Shown: positions 34,055-46,895 of the stretch, one piece after another
How positions within the stretch are numbered: the first letter of the stretch is position 1
How the letters are laid out: each line of letters begins with the position of its first letter
Assembly (NCBI GenBank): GCA_951406725.2
Contig: OX597818.1
Span: 30,380,001 to 30,444,000 of the forward strand
Reading direction: 5' to 3'
Origin: Octopus vulgaris
Taxonomy: Eukaryota
Length of the DNA: 64,000 bases
Position numbers and translations under genes: made by a program
The notes under the pieces: model-generated
Told to the model about the DNA's origin: nothing
The model's database searches: none
What the model saw: only the letters and a program-made list of their open reading frames with translations

Positions 34055-37000
34055 ATGGCAACTTTAGTGATATCACAAAAAGTTTTCACATTGTTATTTG
34101 TTCTAAATTTCTTTTTATTTTATTGCACATATTTATTTTCGCTTTTCCCCCTAAAAAATAATTTTTATGAATCCAAAGATGAACTTGCAAATATTTCTGT
34201 TGAATCAGATGGAAACAAGTACGATTTTCTGTTAAATTATGGTTTTAGAAGTCCATTCAGTCGTGTTGTGGTTATGGTCATTGATTCTCTCCGGGCAGAT
34301 TTTGTTATCCACAGCAAAAATTCGAACATGAAGTATGTCCAAAAACTTCTAAAACGAGAGGAGGCAATTGCTTATTACTCGATCGCTCACCCACCTACAG
34401 TAACCCTTCCTCGAATAAAAGCAATGATGACTGGGACTATTCCTGGATATATGGATGTTATACTTAATTTTGGTGCGCAGGCTGCCCAGGAAGACAACCT
34501 TGTATTTCAGCTTTACAAAGCTGGGAAAAAAATTGTCTTTTATGGTGATAATACTTGGATTAATTTATTCCCAGACTACTTTCATAGACAGGATGGTACA
34601 GTTTCATTTTTCGTTTCAGACTATACCGAGGTTGATACTAATGTTAGCCGGCACTTGGAATGGGAATTGCAACAAAATGATTGGGATGTGATGATACTGC
34701 ACTACCTTGGGCTTGATCACATTGGTCACATGGCAAAGCCATCTAGTCCTTTGGTGGAACCCAAACTTCAAGAGATGGATAACATTATCGAATTCATTCA
34801 CCAAAAACTTCAAGAACAGCATCAACACCAACAAACTCTTATGGTAATTTGTGGTGATCATGGCATGAGTGACCAAGGGAGTCATGGGGGTTCTTCTCAC
34901 AAAGAAGTTACTTCAGCTATGATTTGGCTTAATTCAGCTGACAACACAAAGAAAGATCACAAAATCACCTTCCTGAAGCCGTTCACTGAAGTTGACCAAA
35001 TTGATATTACTGCAACACTGGCTATTGCTTTAGGAGTTGCAATACCACGCAACAATATCGGTGTCATGATACCTGATGTACTGTTACCATTTTCAACTCT
35101 TGAGAATATTGCTCATTCAATGTACATCAATGCTAACCAAGTGTTGTCAGTCTTCAAAGTATATGAACCAAAATGGGAAAATAACAATGCTGTGTTGAAG
35201 TATGAGCTGGCCATTTCCAGACACCAGTTATGGAAAAATGCTAGCCAGAAGTATACTGCTCTATGGTATCAGGAAGGCAAGTCTATTGTCCAATTTTATC
35301 ATGATGCTATGAAAACTATGAGTTCTAAAATGCTATTGAAGATGATTAATCATGATGTCAGTGGAATGATCTTTAGTAATATCAATTTATGGTTACTCCT
35401 TTATGTACTTGTAGTTATCATACTGCAGAAAGGAAGTAGTTCCATCGAACTTGTCATAACTAATACCTACTGCTTGTGTCTTTTCTTGACTGGATTGGTA
35501 CTATTAGCTGTGCAATTGTTAATTTGTTCTGGTAAACATCAAACCATTCTCTGCAGTAATCCAACAGTCGTCATTTTGCTGAACTGTGCCTCATATCTCA
35601 TAATTCTGTTAGTAGTCTCTATAACTCCAGTGTTTCTAAATATATTGAAGAAAAAGCTAGTTTTCCAAAATTTTATTTCAGCATTTGTGGTATTTGGGAC
35701 TATTTTACATTCTGTGAGCCTTATGTCAAGTAGCTTTATTGAAGAAGAACACCAGACTTGGTACTTCCTAACTTGTAGTTTGTTTACCATTACTAGCTGG
35801 TATTTAGTATCAAGGTTATCCCTTGAATACTCGTTCAGTTATTGCAGACCAAATATGAACCCTCAAACACACGAATTAAGCCAGCAACGAATATATTATA
35901 ATATTACTAACTATGGGCCACGATCTCAATATATAAACTTCAATTACAAGTCATGTGTGGCATCTTTCCTTATGCTTGTCTTGTGTCGATCACAACGAAT
36001 GTGGAATAATACAGGAGACAAATGGCGGGATCTTCCTGATCTTGGTGACTGGCTCATGGAGTCAAAAAACAAAACTACTCTTTCAGTCATTTGTGCTGTT
36101 TCTCTGTTAATAATTTTAATTGTTCGGTCTTACCAAGTAGAAAGTAAAGGTCATCTCTTGCTGTTGTTGGTGGCCTTTGTGTCAACATACTTATTCCATG
36201 TGTCTAGTAATCACATTTACTTACCATCTATGTTTCCCTATCAATGCAGTGAAAAAGGTGTAAATGAGGCTTATTTGATAAAATGGTGTATTTTACTAAT
36301 GTTTGTGAAGGTATTTTTTGGCATTAAATGGCAGCATCCTTATCAACAAAGCAGTAATTCTGGTAACACACCTTTTACTCACTTGGTTATACTGAAGTCT
36401 TTTATTTTATGCCTGCAGTCTGGATGTATTGTATTGTCATCCTTTCTTACCTCTCACCCTCATAATATTGTCATCATTGCTACTGCTGTACTTCAAGAAG
36501 TCATTCTCAGTTATTACATCCTTCCTATAGTTCAGCTGCCTTCTTGGTGTGTATCTTTAATTTATTCTTGGATGGCAAATGCTACATTTTTCTATCAGGG
36601 TCATTCTAATAGCCTCAGTTCTATAGATGTTGCAGCTGGATATTTTGGTTCTACCCATTATCAGCCAATATATGTGGGAATACTATTAACTTTGGCAACA
36701 TACTCTGGCATGATGTTCTGGTATTCCAGTTTGGTTAGTTACTTGTTTAGCTCATCCCCACACCAACAGATGCCTTACAGGTTATATATTGCAAGTCTTT
36801 GTATGATACTATTTGTAACTGCATCCATCCCAGCATATACCCTATTAGTATTTTTCCAGCGATTCCATCTCTTTATATGGACAGTCTTCTCTCCTAAACT
36901 CCTATTTATAGGAATGTTGTTCCTGGTCACTTCATTCTTTGTTTTAATTATTTTGCTCTTCCAGGCTACATCAATTCCTGTAATATCTATTCATGTATGA
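34055..37000 (+). CDS. PIGG: GPI ethanolamine phosphate transferase 2 (PIG-G/GPI7), intronless CDS
   Basis: Alkaline-phosphatase-like lumenal domain IDSLRADF, PPTVTLPRIKAMMTG, YGDNTW, SFFVSDYTEVDTNV, HYLGLDHIGH, GDHGM..GSHGGSS; SSSFIEEEHQTWY; many TM helices; C-terminal GHSNSLSSID and RFHLFIWTVFSPK, which fit PIGG rather than PIGO or PIGN. Confidence 0.95.
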   Translation: MATLVISQKVFTLLFVLNFFLFYCTYLFSLFPLKNNFYESKDELANISVESDGNKYDFLLNYGFRSPFSRVVVMVIDSLRADFVIHSKNSNMKYVQKLLKREEAIAYYSIAHPPTVTLPRIKAMMTGTIPGYMDVILNFGAQAAQEDNLVFQLYKAGKKIVFYGDNTWINLFPDYFHRQDGTVSFFVSDYTEVDTNVSRHLEWELQQNDWDVMILHYLGLDHIGHMAKPSSPLVEPKLQEMDNIIEFIHQKLQEQHQHQQTLMVICGDHGMSDQGSHGGSSHKEVTSAMIWLNSADNTKKDHKITFLKPFTEVDQIDITATLAIALGVAIPRNNIGVMIPDVLLPFSTLENIAHSMYINANQVLSVFKVYEPKWENNNAVLKYELAISRHQLWKNASQKYTALWYQEGKSIVQFYHDAMKTMSSKMLLKMINHDVSGMIFSNINLWLLLYVLVVIILQKGSSSIELVITNTYCLCLFLTGLVLLAVQLLICSGKHQTILCSNPTVVILLNCASYLIILLVVSITPVFLNILKKKLVFQNFISAFVVFGTILHSVSLMSSSFIEEEHQTWYFLTCSLFTITSWYLVSRLSLEYSFSYCRPNMNPQTHELSQQRIYYNITNYGPRSQYINFNYKSCVASFLMLVLCRSQRMWNNTGDKWRDLPDLGDWLMESKNKTTLSVICAVSLLIILIVRSYQVESKGHLLLLLVAFVSTYLFHVSSNHIYLPSMFPYQCSEKGVNEAYLIKWCILLMFVKVFFGIKWQHPYQQSSNSGNTPFTHLVILKSFILCLQSGCIVLSSFLTSHPHNIVIIATAVLQEVILSYYILPIVQLPSWCVSLIYSWMANATFFYQGHSNSLSSIDVAAGYFGSTHYQPIYVGILLTLATYSGMMFWYSSLVSYLFSSSPHQQMPYRLYIASLCMILFVTASIPAYTLLVFFQRFHLFIWTVFSPKLLFIGMLFLVTSFFVLIILLFQATSIPVISIHV

Positions 37001-38708
37001 TCTCAAGCAACCTAAATGTCTTTCAAAAAATTATTTATTCTCTTCAAAAGAGGAATTCTTACTTTTTGTCTCAGTATGGGATTCTTTTCAAAACCTGTGA
37101 GCATCATTACTTAGTGTCACTTGAGAGAAAATTTTTGACCAGTGTTAAATACAGTAATAGCCCATCTGGTTGCTCATGTATCACTGAAATAGCTCGTCTC
37201 ATGTAGTGTTTTATCTGGATAGAAATTGAAGTGGTCCCCCATTACTTTGCTCTAAACGAATAGGAAGATTTAAATCCTATGTTACAAGCTAAGAAAATGT
37301 TTGTCAATAATTATGTAGCCTTTTGCATCTTACAACAAACCAACATTGCCTCATATAGAAAATTTCTGCAAGATTTTATCTCATTTTCAGTGCTGATCTG
37401 TGTACCTAAATTTAAAATTATCCAATCGATAGAATTGTAAATAGTTATAACAGTGGCTTTTTGTTGAGAGAGTCACAAACATCTATTCACTACCTAGAGA
37501 TTGAACCTGAAATCATTGTTTAAATGTGAAAGTAACTGTAAACACTAAAACAGTATCTTGTTGGAGAATGGTATCAGCAAGCAAGTAATCATTCAGGTTC
37601 CTGTAAACATATTAAGAAACTGTTTTTATCAGTAGCTAGGCTGCCCATTGAAACACAATAGATTCAGCAGACACTTAACCTGTCAGAAACCCAGTTGTAA
37701 ACAGCCTAACCATTTGGGGATAAACAACATATTGGAATGCTATAAACAATCTTGTCTTTAGTGCCTTTTCTTTAACAGGACATTAGGTATATATAGATGG
37801 CTTGTCTGGTCACTGATCATTGGTCATAATACAGCTAAAGTCAGTTGCTGCAGGGACTTACTCCATCCACTTCAATTATGACTACACCAATCTGCTATCA
37901 CTGCTGACACTTCTCATGGACACACATGAACTGACTCATTAGGCATAAATATTTTTATACTTTTTCTCTGTTGTCAATGACAAAATATTTTTGTTAATAA
38001 TTAATAAATATTTTTGTATTGGGACTTCACTCAGATTTTTGTTCTTCTATCAACCAACCAAGTATTTTTGTCATTACATAGTTAATTGGATAATTAGGGA
38101 CTGTTTTGTGAGTTGGCTGACCAAACTGAGTCAAAGCCACATCAAAGCACATCAAACGGTGTTGGCAGGCATTTGGGGTGGATGAGGTGAGGTAGATGGA
38201 CTGCATGATAATATTTGCAGATGTTGTTTGGAGGAGTGCAGTTGATAGAAGCTCTCAAATCATGAAACTGTCTAGTATCTACTTCCATTATATATAAATA
38301 TATATATACGGACAGACAGATAGATAAATAAATTAGGCATGTATATATATATATATATATATGTGCGTGTGAGGGCTCAGAGCCCCCTTGTGGATTATTA
38401 GTTCATGTTAAACCATCCAATTCATGCTAGCATGGAGAAGAAGACATTAAATGAGGATGATGATGTTTATATGTACATGCATAGATATGTTTGTGTTTGT
38501 ATGCATATGTATTTATATGTGTGTGTATATATGTATATAATAAATAGTTTTGTATTGGGACTTGACTCAGATTTTTGTCAACCAACAAACTATTTTATCA
38601 TTACATAGTTAATTGGATAATTAGGGACTGTTTTGTGATTTGGGTGACCAAATTGAGGTAGGTCACATATACATATGTATAAGGTCACTTATACATATGT
38701 ATATGCAT

Positions 38709-38739
<31 letters not shown>

Positions 38740-39341
38740 CAAGCAAAACGCACCTCCATCCAATGGACGGTGCTGAATCATGTCTGCTGAATAGAAAGCA
38801 ATCAGTGTTTTCTTTTCATTAAAAAATAATTAAGCATGCCTTTATTTCAATAACATTTTTGGTTTTGTTAAGCGAAGTTAAGACCAAAAAAAAAAACTTC
38901 TTGTGAAAGCAAATAATCTTTCCTTCCTTCGTGCCAAGTTTGAAGAAAATATCTCTTTTGCATTTATTTTTTTTGTCTCTTAAATATACTGCATTTTGTG
39001 GCATTATTTCGAGGCAGTCGGCTTTTTTTGCACAAACTGCACATGCATTTTTCTTGCATACACAGTATCGATCACAACAGCTGATGTGCATGCACATACA
39101 AATGCATTTTCCCACGGCGTTACACATAGTATCAATCGCAACAGCTGATGTACTTGCACATTCCCATGGTTTTATCGATCGCATTTTCACCTGGAATTGA
39201 TTTTTGTAATTTTTTCAAGACTTATACACGCCCTGATACCGTCAATATCTACTCATCAAATTTGAGCGCAATCGGATGGAAGATGCCTGAGATCCTAAAA
39301 GACACACACACAGACAGACAGAACGGATTTTATGTAATAGA
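38740..39341 (-). mobile_element. Non-autonomous Helitron-like element B
   Basis: Minus strand starts TCTATTACATAAAATCCGTTCTGTCTGTC, carries a CCGATTGCGCTCAAATTTG motif, and ends in a GCACC..GGTGC hairpin plus CTTG|T. Confidence 0.6.
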
Positions 39342-39703
39342 CTAGCACTATGACCCGGTGTTGCCGGGTCATAGTGCTAGTGCATGCATATACAGCTGCA
39401 TGCGTGCACACATACTCGCAAGTACTGTCCAAATCTCCGACCAATCACATACAGCTAGCTGGCATTCAATTGGTGTATTAAGTTTCGGGCATTTTGATTG
39501 GGTTTTGGATAGAAAATTCACAAAAATGTCACTTCTATTGATTTTTTTAATGGCTTTGTTGGGTGACTGAGGAAATGTAAAGATGTGCACGACCACCCTT
39601 GGACGGTTTTGAATGACCATAGAAAGTTTGAGCCCTTCTAACTGAAAAATTGTGGATTTGTATGAAGGACACACGCAGACATTTTGCCGTTTATATATAT
39701 AGA
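39342..39703 (-). mobile_element. Non-autonomous Helitron-like element A
   Basis: Starts TCTATATATATAAACGG; ends in a perfect 17-bp-stem palindrome CTAGCACTATGACCCGG-N5-CCGGGTCATAGTGCTAG|T. Confidence 0.7.
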
Positions 39704-40489
39704 GATATAAAAATAGAAAAAAAACACAATAGAGGGCATTAAAACGTTCGGACAGATAAATGACACAAAGGTGGACAAGAGAAACAACAATCAGGACAGA
39801 CAAAAAAAAGACGGGTCATTCTTGGCTTTCTTTCTTCAGTCAAGTACCAGAAGTCACGACCATTTCAGACAGTTACACTTGAGATGGTTCAATCTGGTTG
39901 CCCCCAAAAATGTCTAAGCTAAGAGCATTAGACTCCTTTGTAAGAAAGCTAGCGAATGTGTACAGCAACAAAGACAAAAAACAAACAAACAAAAAAAATG
40001 GAGAACATGGTACAGAATTACGAATACAAACAACAAGAAATAACAACAGGCGTCTTTCAACTGAGAACAATTCAAATTGAGCTGGTATGTATGGAGTGAA
40101 AGCCTAAAGGCAGGAACATGGGATATGGACACAAGAGGTGTCAGGCCAAGAAAGAAAGATCATGGCTGGCCGGACACCGGTCACGTGGAAAGAAGAGAAA
40201 TGGGTAGGGGACAGTGGGATTGAAGGATTAGAAAAAAATCAGAGACAAAGGGAAAGATGCAAGGGAGATAAACGAGTGGGAGTTGAAGAAAGAAGGTGAA
40301 GAAATGTGAGAGAGGGGGGAGTAAGAGAAAAGAAGAAAAATGGGAGGGGAAATAAAAGACAGAGTAAGAGTTGTAGCATAAATTGGATGGTTCAACATGA
40401 ACTAACAATTCACAGGGGTGCTCTGAGCCCTAATACACATATATATACACATACCTTGCCTATCTATCTATAAACACACACACATGTTT

Positions 40490-40826
40490 TTTCTCTTTTT
40501 TACTTGTTTTCAGTCATTTGACTGTGGCCATGCTGGAGCACCACCTTTAGTCGAGCAAATCGACCCCAGGACTTATTTTTTGTAAGCCTAGTACTTATTC
40601 TATCGGTCTCTTTTGCTGAACCGCGTGGCTATGGAGATGTAAACACACCAGCATCGGTCAAGTGATGTTGGGAGGACAAACACATATGCATATATACGAT
40701 GGGCTTCTTTCAGTTTCCGTCTACTAAATCCACTCACAAGGCTTTGGTTGGACCGAGGCTATAGTAGAAGACTGAACCCTGAACCATGTGGTCGGTAAGC
40801 AAGCTACTTACCACACAGCCACTCCT
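40490..40826 (-). mobile_element. SINE family A copy (internally deleted)
   Basis: Matches the 5003-5385 consensus. Confidence 0.85.
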
Positions 40827-41024
40827 ATATTTATCATGGAAGTAGACACTTGACAATTTCATGATTTGAGAGCTTCCGTCATGATATTGTTGTGTGATTA
40901 AGAAGTTTGTTTTCCAACCACATGGTTTTAGGTTGTGCAGGTGTCTTCTACTATGGCCTCAAGTCCACCAGAGTTTTGTATGTGCATTTAGAAAATGGAA
41001 ACTGAAAAAAAGTGTACTGTATAT

Positions 41025-41270
41025 TTCTTATTTCTTATTTCTTTATTGCCCACAAGGGGCTAAACATAGAGGGTCAAACAAGGACAGACAAAGGAATTAA
41101 GTTGATTACATCGACCCCAGTGCGTAACTGGTACTTAATTTATCGACCCTGAAAGGATGAAAGGCAAAGTCGACCTTGGTGGAATTTGAACTCAGAACGT
41201 AATGGCAGACGAAATACGGCTATGCATTTCGCCTGGCGTGCTAACGTTTCTGCCAGCTCACTGCCTTTAA
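41025..41270 (-). mobile_element. SINE family B copy
   Basis: Reverse complement of 49385-49612. Confidence 0.85.
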
Positions 41271-41547
41271 AAGTGTACTGTATATATGTGTGTGTGTGTT
41301 CATGTATGTATTACCATTTTCCATGTTGGCATAAGTTGGATGATTTGACAGAATCCAGTAAATTGCAAGTCTGTGTCAAAGTCATGGTTTCTATGGCTGG
41401 ATACCCTTCAAAATACCAACCACTTTACAGAGAGTACTTGGTGCTGTTTTCATACCACTGGAGCGAGGGAGGTTACCAAGTAGCTTGCAAGACAGAGTGC
41501 AAGTTCCAAAAGATAAAAATATATATAGACATATAGTGTATTATATA

Positions 41548-43192
41548 TCTAATATAATAAATGCAAATGTCATTTTCTCAGTGTGTCACACTTTTACAAC
41601 TTTATTCCTAGACGCCATATACCATTTTGGAATCTAGCTGACTCCATGAGTAAATTAAAAACATTCTGGGCTGAATCAGGACCCGCAATCCTGAAATTTT
41701 GGATTCTCAAGTTTTCATAACTGCAATTGTTTTGGCAATTTTTTTACATAATTTTTTGCGACAAATTTTTTTGTACAGTAATAATTTTTACTTGCTTAAC
41801 TCATGAAAACTTCACAGAAAGCATAAAAAATTGTAAGCATCTGTAAATAGTGACTTCATTTAATACTATCGAACAATTATGGGCATATCTACAGATGTAT
41901 ACCCCACGGACTTTATTGCCTCATAAATTCCATAAATAATCACTTAGATCCTGTTGATTGAGTGTGTGTTAAGGTTTGTTGGAAAAAATTTTTCTGAGGG
42001 GCTAGGGAGAGGAGGTTTGGAAAATTCACACGACTTAACATTTTCCGCCACATAACTTTCAGGAAAATTGGTATTTTTTAATGAAGTTTTATACAAATAC
42101 CTTTCAAACAGCATTGAATAACTGTTACCATGGCTTTGTAATATATTGTCCAAAACAAAAGTTTTCCAACATTTTCTCTGAGAATAGCTTCATTTTCTTT
42201 CATTATCATTCTCTATCCACTCTTTTTGTTCACTCCATCTATCTCTCTAAATATTTTTCTCTCTTCCCCCTCCCTCCTCTCTGTCTCCTTGTCTCTAACC
42301 TTTCTCCTGCATTTAAGGCAGTATATTTCTCTTACCTCTCAGCACTATCAATGTTCTCTATCTCTTTCTCTCTCTCTCACTCTTTCAATCCCTCTTACTC
42401 CCTATTCTTTGCTGCTTTGCCTCTTACTTCAACTATACTTCTGTTTAACAAGTTTCATTTCTCTCTTCCTTTCAACTAAGTGTGACACACACCACTGGTA
42501 CATATGTACATAACTATGTAGGTGTTAGCATATTAATATAAAAATTTTTATAACTTGGAAATAAATTTGAGAATAATCGAAATAAATTGTGAAATCCAGC
42601 GAAAGTCTCCCATGAAATAGAAATAATTATTTGTATGAAAAGTAAGGACCTACATACATCAAATAGTCTTTAAATTAAGTGGCGGCAGAAGAATTATCAT
42701 TGAACTTTTAAAAGGTAGGCTTAAATATTAATGTAATACTTAAAAGCAGCGATCAATTTTCAGTTCTGTAGTTTATTGTTGCCTATCACATATGGCAGCA
42801 GTATGCCTTGTAAAAATAAACCTCCACCAACAGAGAACCAGATTACAATCAAAAGTGCCAATGCTGCAGCAAGGAAAAGAAAGTCCCATGCAAATGAAAA
42901 CCCAGATTAAACAGCAGCCAGGAGAGCCTCCAAGCTGAGAATATGCAAATACTTAGGGACTCTCAAACTCCCGAACAAGCTGCATCCAGGAGAACATCAA
43001 ATGTTCTTACCAAGAGGAGAGAAAGGGCATTACAAACACCTGAACAAGCTGAATCTAGGAGAGCTTCCAATGTAGCCAACATGAGAAAAGTAAGGGATTC
43101 AGAATCACTAGAGCAATCAGAAACCAGGAGAACTTCCGATGTTGTACAGAAGCTAGCCTAAAAGCTGTCCAATAGGGTGGCTTTTAAGCTAG
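41548..43192 (+). mobile_element. Internally deleted Helitron retaining an N-terminal repeat-coding remnant (about 42804-43161)
   Basis: A|TCTAATATAATAAA start; 3' hairpin AAAAGCTGTCC..GGGTGGCTTTT then CTAG|T; 23-aa repeats SQTPEQAASRR / LQTPEQAESRR / SESLEQSETRR resembling Rep/Hel N-terminal STPR-type repeats. Confidence 0.7.
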
Positions 43193-43359
43193 TATACTAA
43201 TACTAATGTATAAGAAGTCACAGGTTGTTAGTTATGGCTCTTTACAATCTAAGTTCAAATTTTATCAGTGTCAACTTTGCTTTTTCCTTCCTCCAGGGCT
43301 GATAAAATAAAGGAATGATCAAGTACTGGGTTTGATTTAATCAACTAAGTCCTCTTCCC

Positions 43360-43527
43360 AGGAGTGGCTGTGTGGTAAGTAGCTTGCTTACCAACCACAT
43401 GGTTCCGGGTTCAGCCCCACTGCATGGCACCTTGGGCAAGTGTCTTCTACTATAGACTCAGGCTGACCAAATCCTTGTGAGTGGATTTGGTAGAAGGAAA
43501 CTGAAAGAAGCCCATCGTATATGTGTA

Positions 43528-43572
<45 letters not shown>

Positions 43573-43788
43573 GTGCATGTATATGTTTGTGTGTCTGTGT
43601 TTGTCCCCCCAACATCGCTTGACAACTGATGCTGGTGTGTTTACATCCACGCAACTTAGTGGTTCGACCAAAGAGACTGATGGAATAAGTACTAGGCTTA
43701 CAAAGAATAAGTCCTGGGGTCAATTTGCTTGACTAAAGGTGGTGTTCCAGTATGGCCACAGTCAAATGACTGAAACAAGTAAAAGAGT
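43360..43788 (+). mobile_element. SINE family A copy
   Basis: Matches the 5003-5385 consensus. Confidence 0.9.
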
Positions 43789-44398
43789 GGTACAAATTGT
43801 CACTATTACTGAAATATCTTGAGTCACTGATTAATATTATGTTTAGAAAACAATGAGTATTAATATCAAAATCTCCAAAGAACTGACAAGAAGTCTACAG
43901 AAATGAAATGATAAATAGGATTCTTTTTCACAGCTACGTTGACTGGAACTCTTTACTCCATACATAAATTAAATAAATGCCTTTACTTTCTCTTGTCTTT
44001 AAGAAAATGATATCATCATGTTTATTCACTTGCATGGTATGTATTTTGGTGGCATTATATGTTCTCAACAATCTTAAGTTTATGAACTGAATCCAGTTCA
44101 TGATTAGAACTGTAGGACTACCTATCTCTCTATAGTTTATTTCTGTTAAAAAGAAGGGAAAAACAATGAGATGATATACAATTTAAAATTGTAGAGAAAA
44201 TATAGCTTTGTAGGGAGCCCCCTAACAGTATTATAGAAATAAAATATTTTAAATAATTTATTTCATGTTGCTGGCAAAAATGATTTGTACCTGGAATTCA
44301 AAGGGCCAGCCTTGTTGTTTCCATGTCACAGTGAGTCTCCCTGAGAACTATGTTAAGGTTATGCATATCTATGGAATGCTCAGCCACTTGCACATTAA

Positions 44399-44618
44399 CC
44401 CTTTTGTTACCAACCCAGCTGAAACCAGCTCTGACACTGAATACAAATGTCTTATTTTCATAAGTTTTGAATTAAAATCTTCCACCAAACCTTAGTTACA
44501 ATTTACATTCCTAACACTAACTTAATGATAACCAAGTTATTTTACTAAATTTTTTGTTATATTTAAAGTAATTGAAAGAAACACAGAGCATCTCAAAATA
44601 AATGCAGTAATGAAAGGG
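44399..44618. mobile_element. piggyBac-type MITE (second copy)
   Basis: TTAA|CCCTTT...AAAGGG|TTAA; internal sequence matches 8189-8409. Confidence 0.85.
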
Positions 44619-45683
44619 TTAATTTCACAAACAGGCTGCTCCATTGATCAGATCAACTAGAATGCTTGTCATAATCAACAGAATAAGTAATGATAAGGAT
44701 GAGTTTAAATGTGAAAAGAATTTTTATAAAGTTGAAATGAAGGTCAAAATATTAGTGTAATAAATTCATATTTGGCAAATCTTTAGTAATAAGCTAAAAA
44801 TAATTCTGAATTGAGAGTATGACATTTTCTCATTGTAATTTCTTGTATTCCAAATACATATGAAGAAAATGAATTTGATCTGACATCACAAAAGTCAGAA
44901 TATAATACATTTAGGTGGAGTCACTATTTGAGAATTTCTGATTCAGCTCATTGTAAAGGAACTCAGTTATTTAATCCTATTTTACATTCCTTGTCCATGG
45001 AGCAAATTTCAATGGAAAAGTTAATGCTTCATAATTTTAATACTTCCATAGTAAATCATGGAGTGTATACTAAATCAGTAGTCTAAGTAGCATGAATACA
45101 TATGGAGTGGGGGAATGAATTTGCATGACATCAGGAAAGCAAGGATTGCCTTTAAATAAGATTTATAAGAAGTTGGTTTACTTGTAATATATTCCCTTAT
45201 TTGTTTTGTATGTCTTTTTTTAAAAAAAATTTTTTATGCCAGCATAAGTTGGACAAATATATCTTAACCTTTTAGCATTTAATTACTCTATCAAATGTGG
45301 TACTTATTTAATTGCATTAAAGCTCCGATGTCTGGCGACTGACTTGGCAAACATCCACAAGATTATCCACCATCTTTCCAACAACAACCGTAAGCACCTT
45401 TTTGAATTCCATATGTCTAACATTTGTGAACATGCTTACATAAAAAAAAAAACAAAAACAAAAAAAAACATAAAAAAACCCAAAAAACAACAACAACACA
45501 GCACCCATGACTTTCAGAAGCATTTTCACACTAAGAATTGCTGAAGCATGTAATTCCTTGTTAGCTGTCAAGACACTTCATCTTTCAAAACTTCCATGTT
45601 TCCTGAAATTCACTAACAGTACCTGATGTCCCCCTCCCCCAATCTTGTTTCTTCTTTTCTTTTTCTAAAATCTTTTTTAATCT

Positions 45684-46080
45684 CTTACTCTTTTTACTCT
45701 TTTACTTGTTTCAGTCATTTGACTGTGGCCATGCTGGAGCACCACCTTTAGTTGAGCAAATCGACCCCAGGACTTATTCTTTGTAAGCCTAGTACTTATT
45801 CTATTGGTTTCTTTTGCCAAACCGCTAAGTTATGGGGATGTAAACACACCACAACCGGTTGTCAAGCGATGTTGGAGGGACAAACACACACACATACACA
45901 TATATATTTACATATATACGATTGGCTTCTTTCAGTTTCCGTCGACCAAATCCACTCACAAGGCTTTGGTCAGCCCGAGGCTATAGTAGAAGACATTTAC
46001 CCAAGGTGCCATGCAGTGGGACTGAACCGAGAACCATGTTGCTGGTAAGCAAGCTACTTACCACACAACCACTCCTGTGC
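45684..46080 (-). mobile_element. SINE family A copy, possibly nested in a TTAA-flanked element spanning 45268-46361
   Basis: Matches the consensus; outer TTAA|CCTTTTAG...TTAAAGGG|TTAA. Confidence 0.85.
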
Positions 46081-46638
46081 CTACTGTTCACTTCCTGTGC
46101 ATATTCTATGTACTGTTGATGCAGTTTTGGGGGGTTTTTTTCTGATGAGTTGTAGTGTATCTAAGTACTGTATACAAAACGTTCATTATTATTATTTTGA
46201 ATTAATCATGCATTATCTTGTAGCTTTGAGATTTTGATGATGTGATTGTTTAGTTTAAGAATGACATTGTAGGGTAAGTGTGAGAAGCCAGATCTGACTG
46301 GTTTGAACATAAAACAGGTAGAATATTTAGGTCAGATATGACCAGTTTAAATATTAAAGGGTTAAGGCATTATTTCACAGCTATCTTTCCTATCACTAAC
46401 CTTGAATTTATTTTTATCCTGTACATCTTCAAAAGTACAGAAACACAGGACAATTTGTAGAGAATGCCAACAAATATCACTGTTTATTGCTCAATACTTC
46501 ACATGTGAGGATGCAGAATGTAAACACAGATACATTGAAACAACCTTGCATGTGCATTTGTGTCTACACACACAAACACACATACAATGGTTATAAAGAA
46601 ATTATGCAAAAGTGGCCATAATTTTTTTATTAACTCAC

Positions 46639-46895
46639 ATCATCATCATCATCATCATCGTTTAACGTCTGTTTTCCATGCTAGCATGAGTTGGACGGTT
46701 CAACTGCGGTCTGGGAAGCCAGAAGGCTGCGCCAGGCCCAGTCTGATCTGGCAGTGTTTCTACAGCTGGATGCCCTTCCTAATGCCAACCACTCCAAGAG
46801 TGTAGTGGGTGCTTTTTATGTGCCACCTGCACAGGTGCCAGCCAAGGCTGGCAAACGGCCACGATCGGATGGTGCTTTTTACGTGCCACCGGCAC
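46639..46895 (-). mobile_element. RTE-LINE 3' end (two structured units plus GAT tail)
   Basis: Reverse complement of the 10650-10900 module. Confidence 0.85.

Noticed and set aside
39710-40420. Possible second Penelope 3' remnant
   Set aside because: Only faint resemblance; no intact motif to support a call
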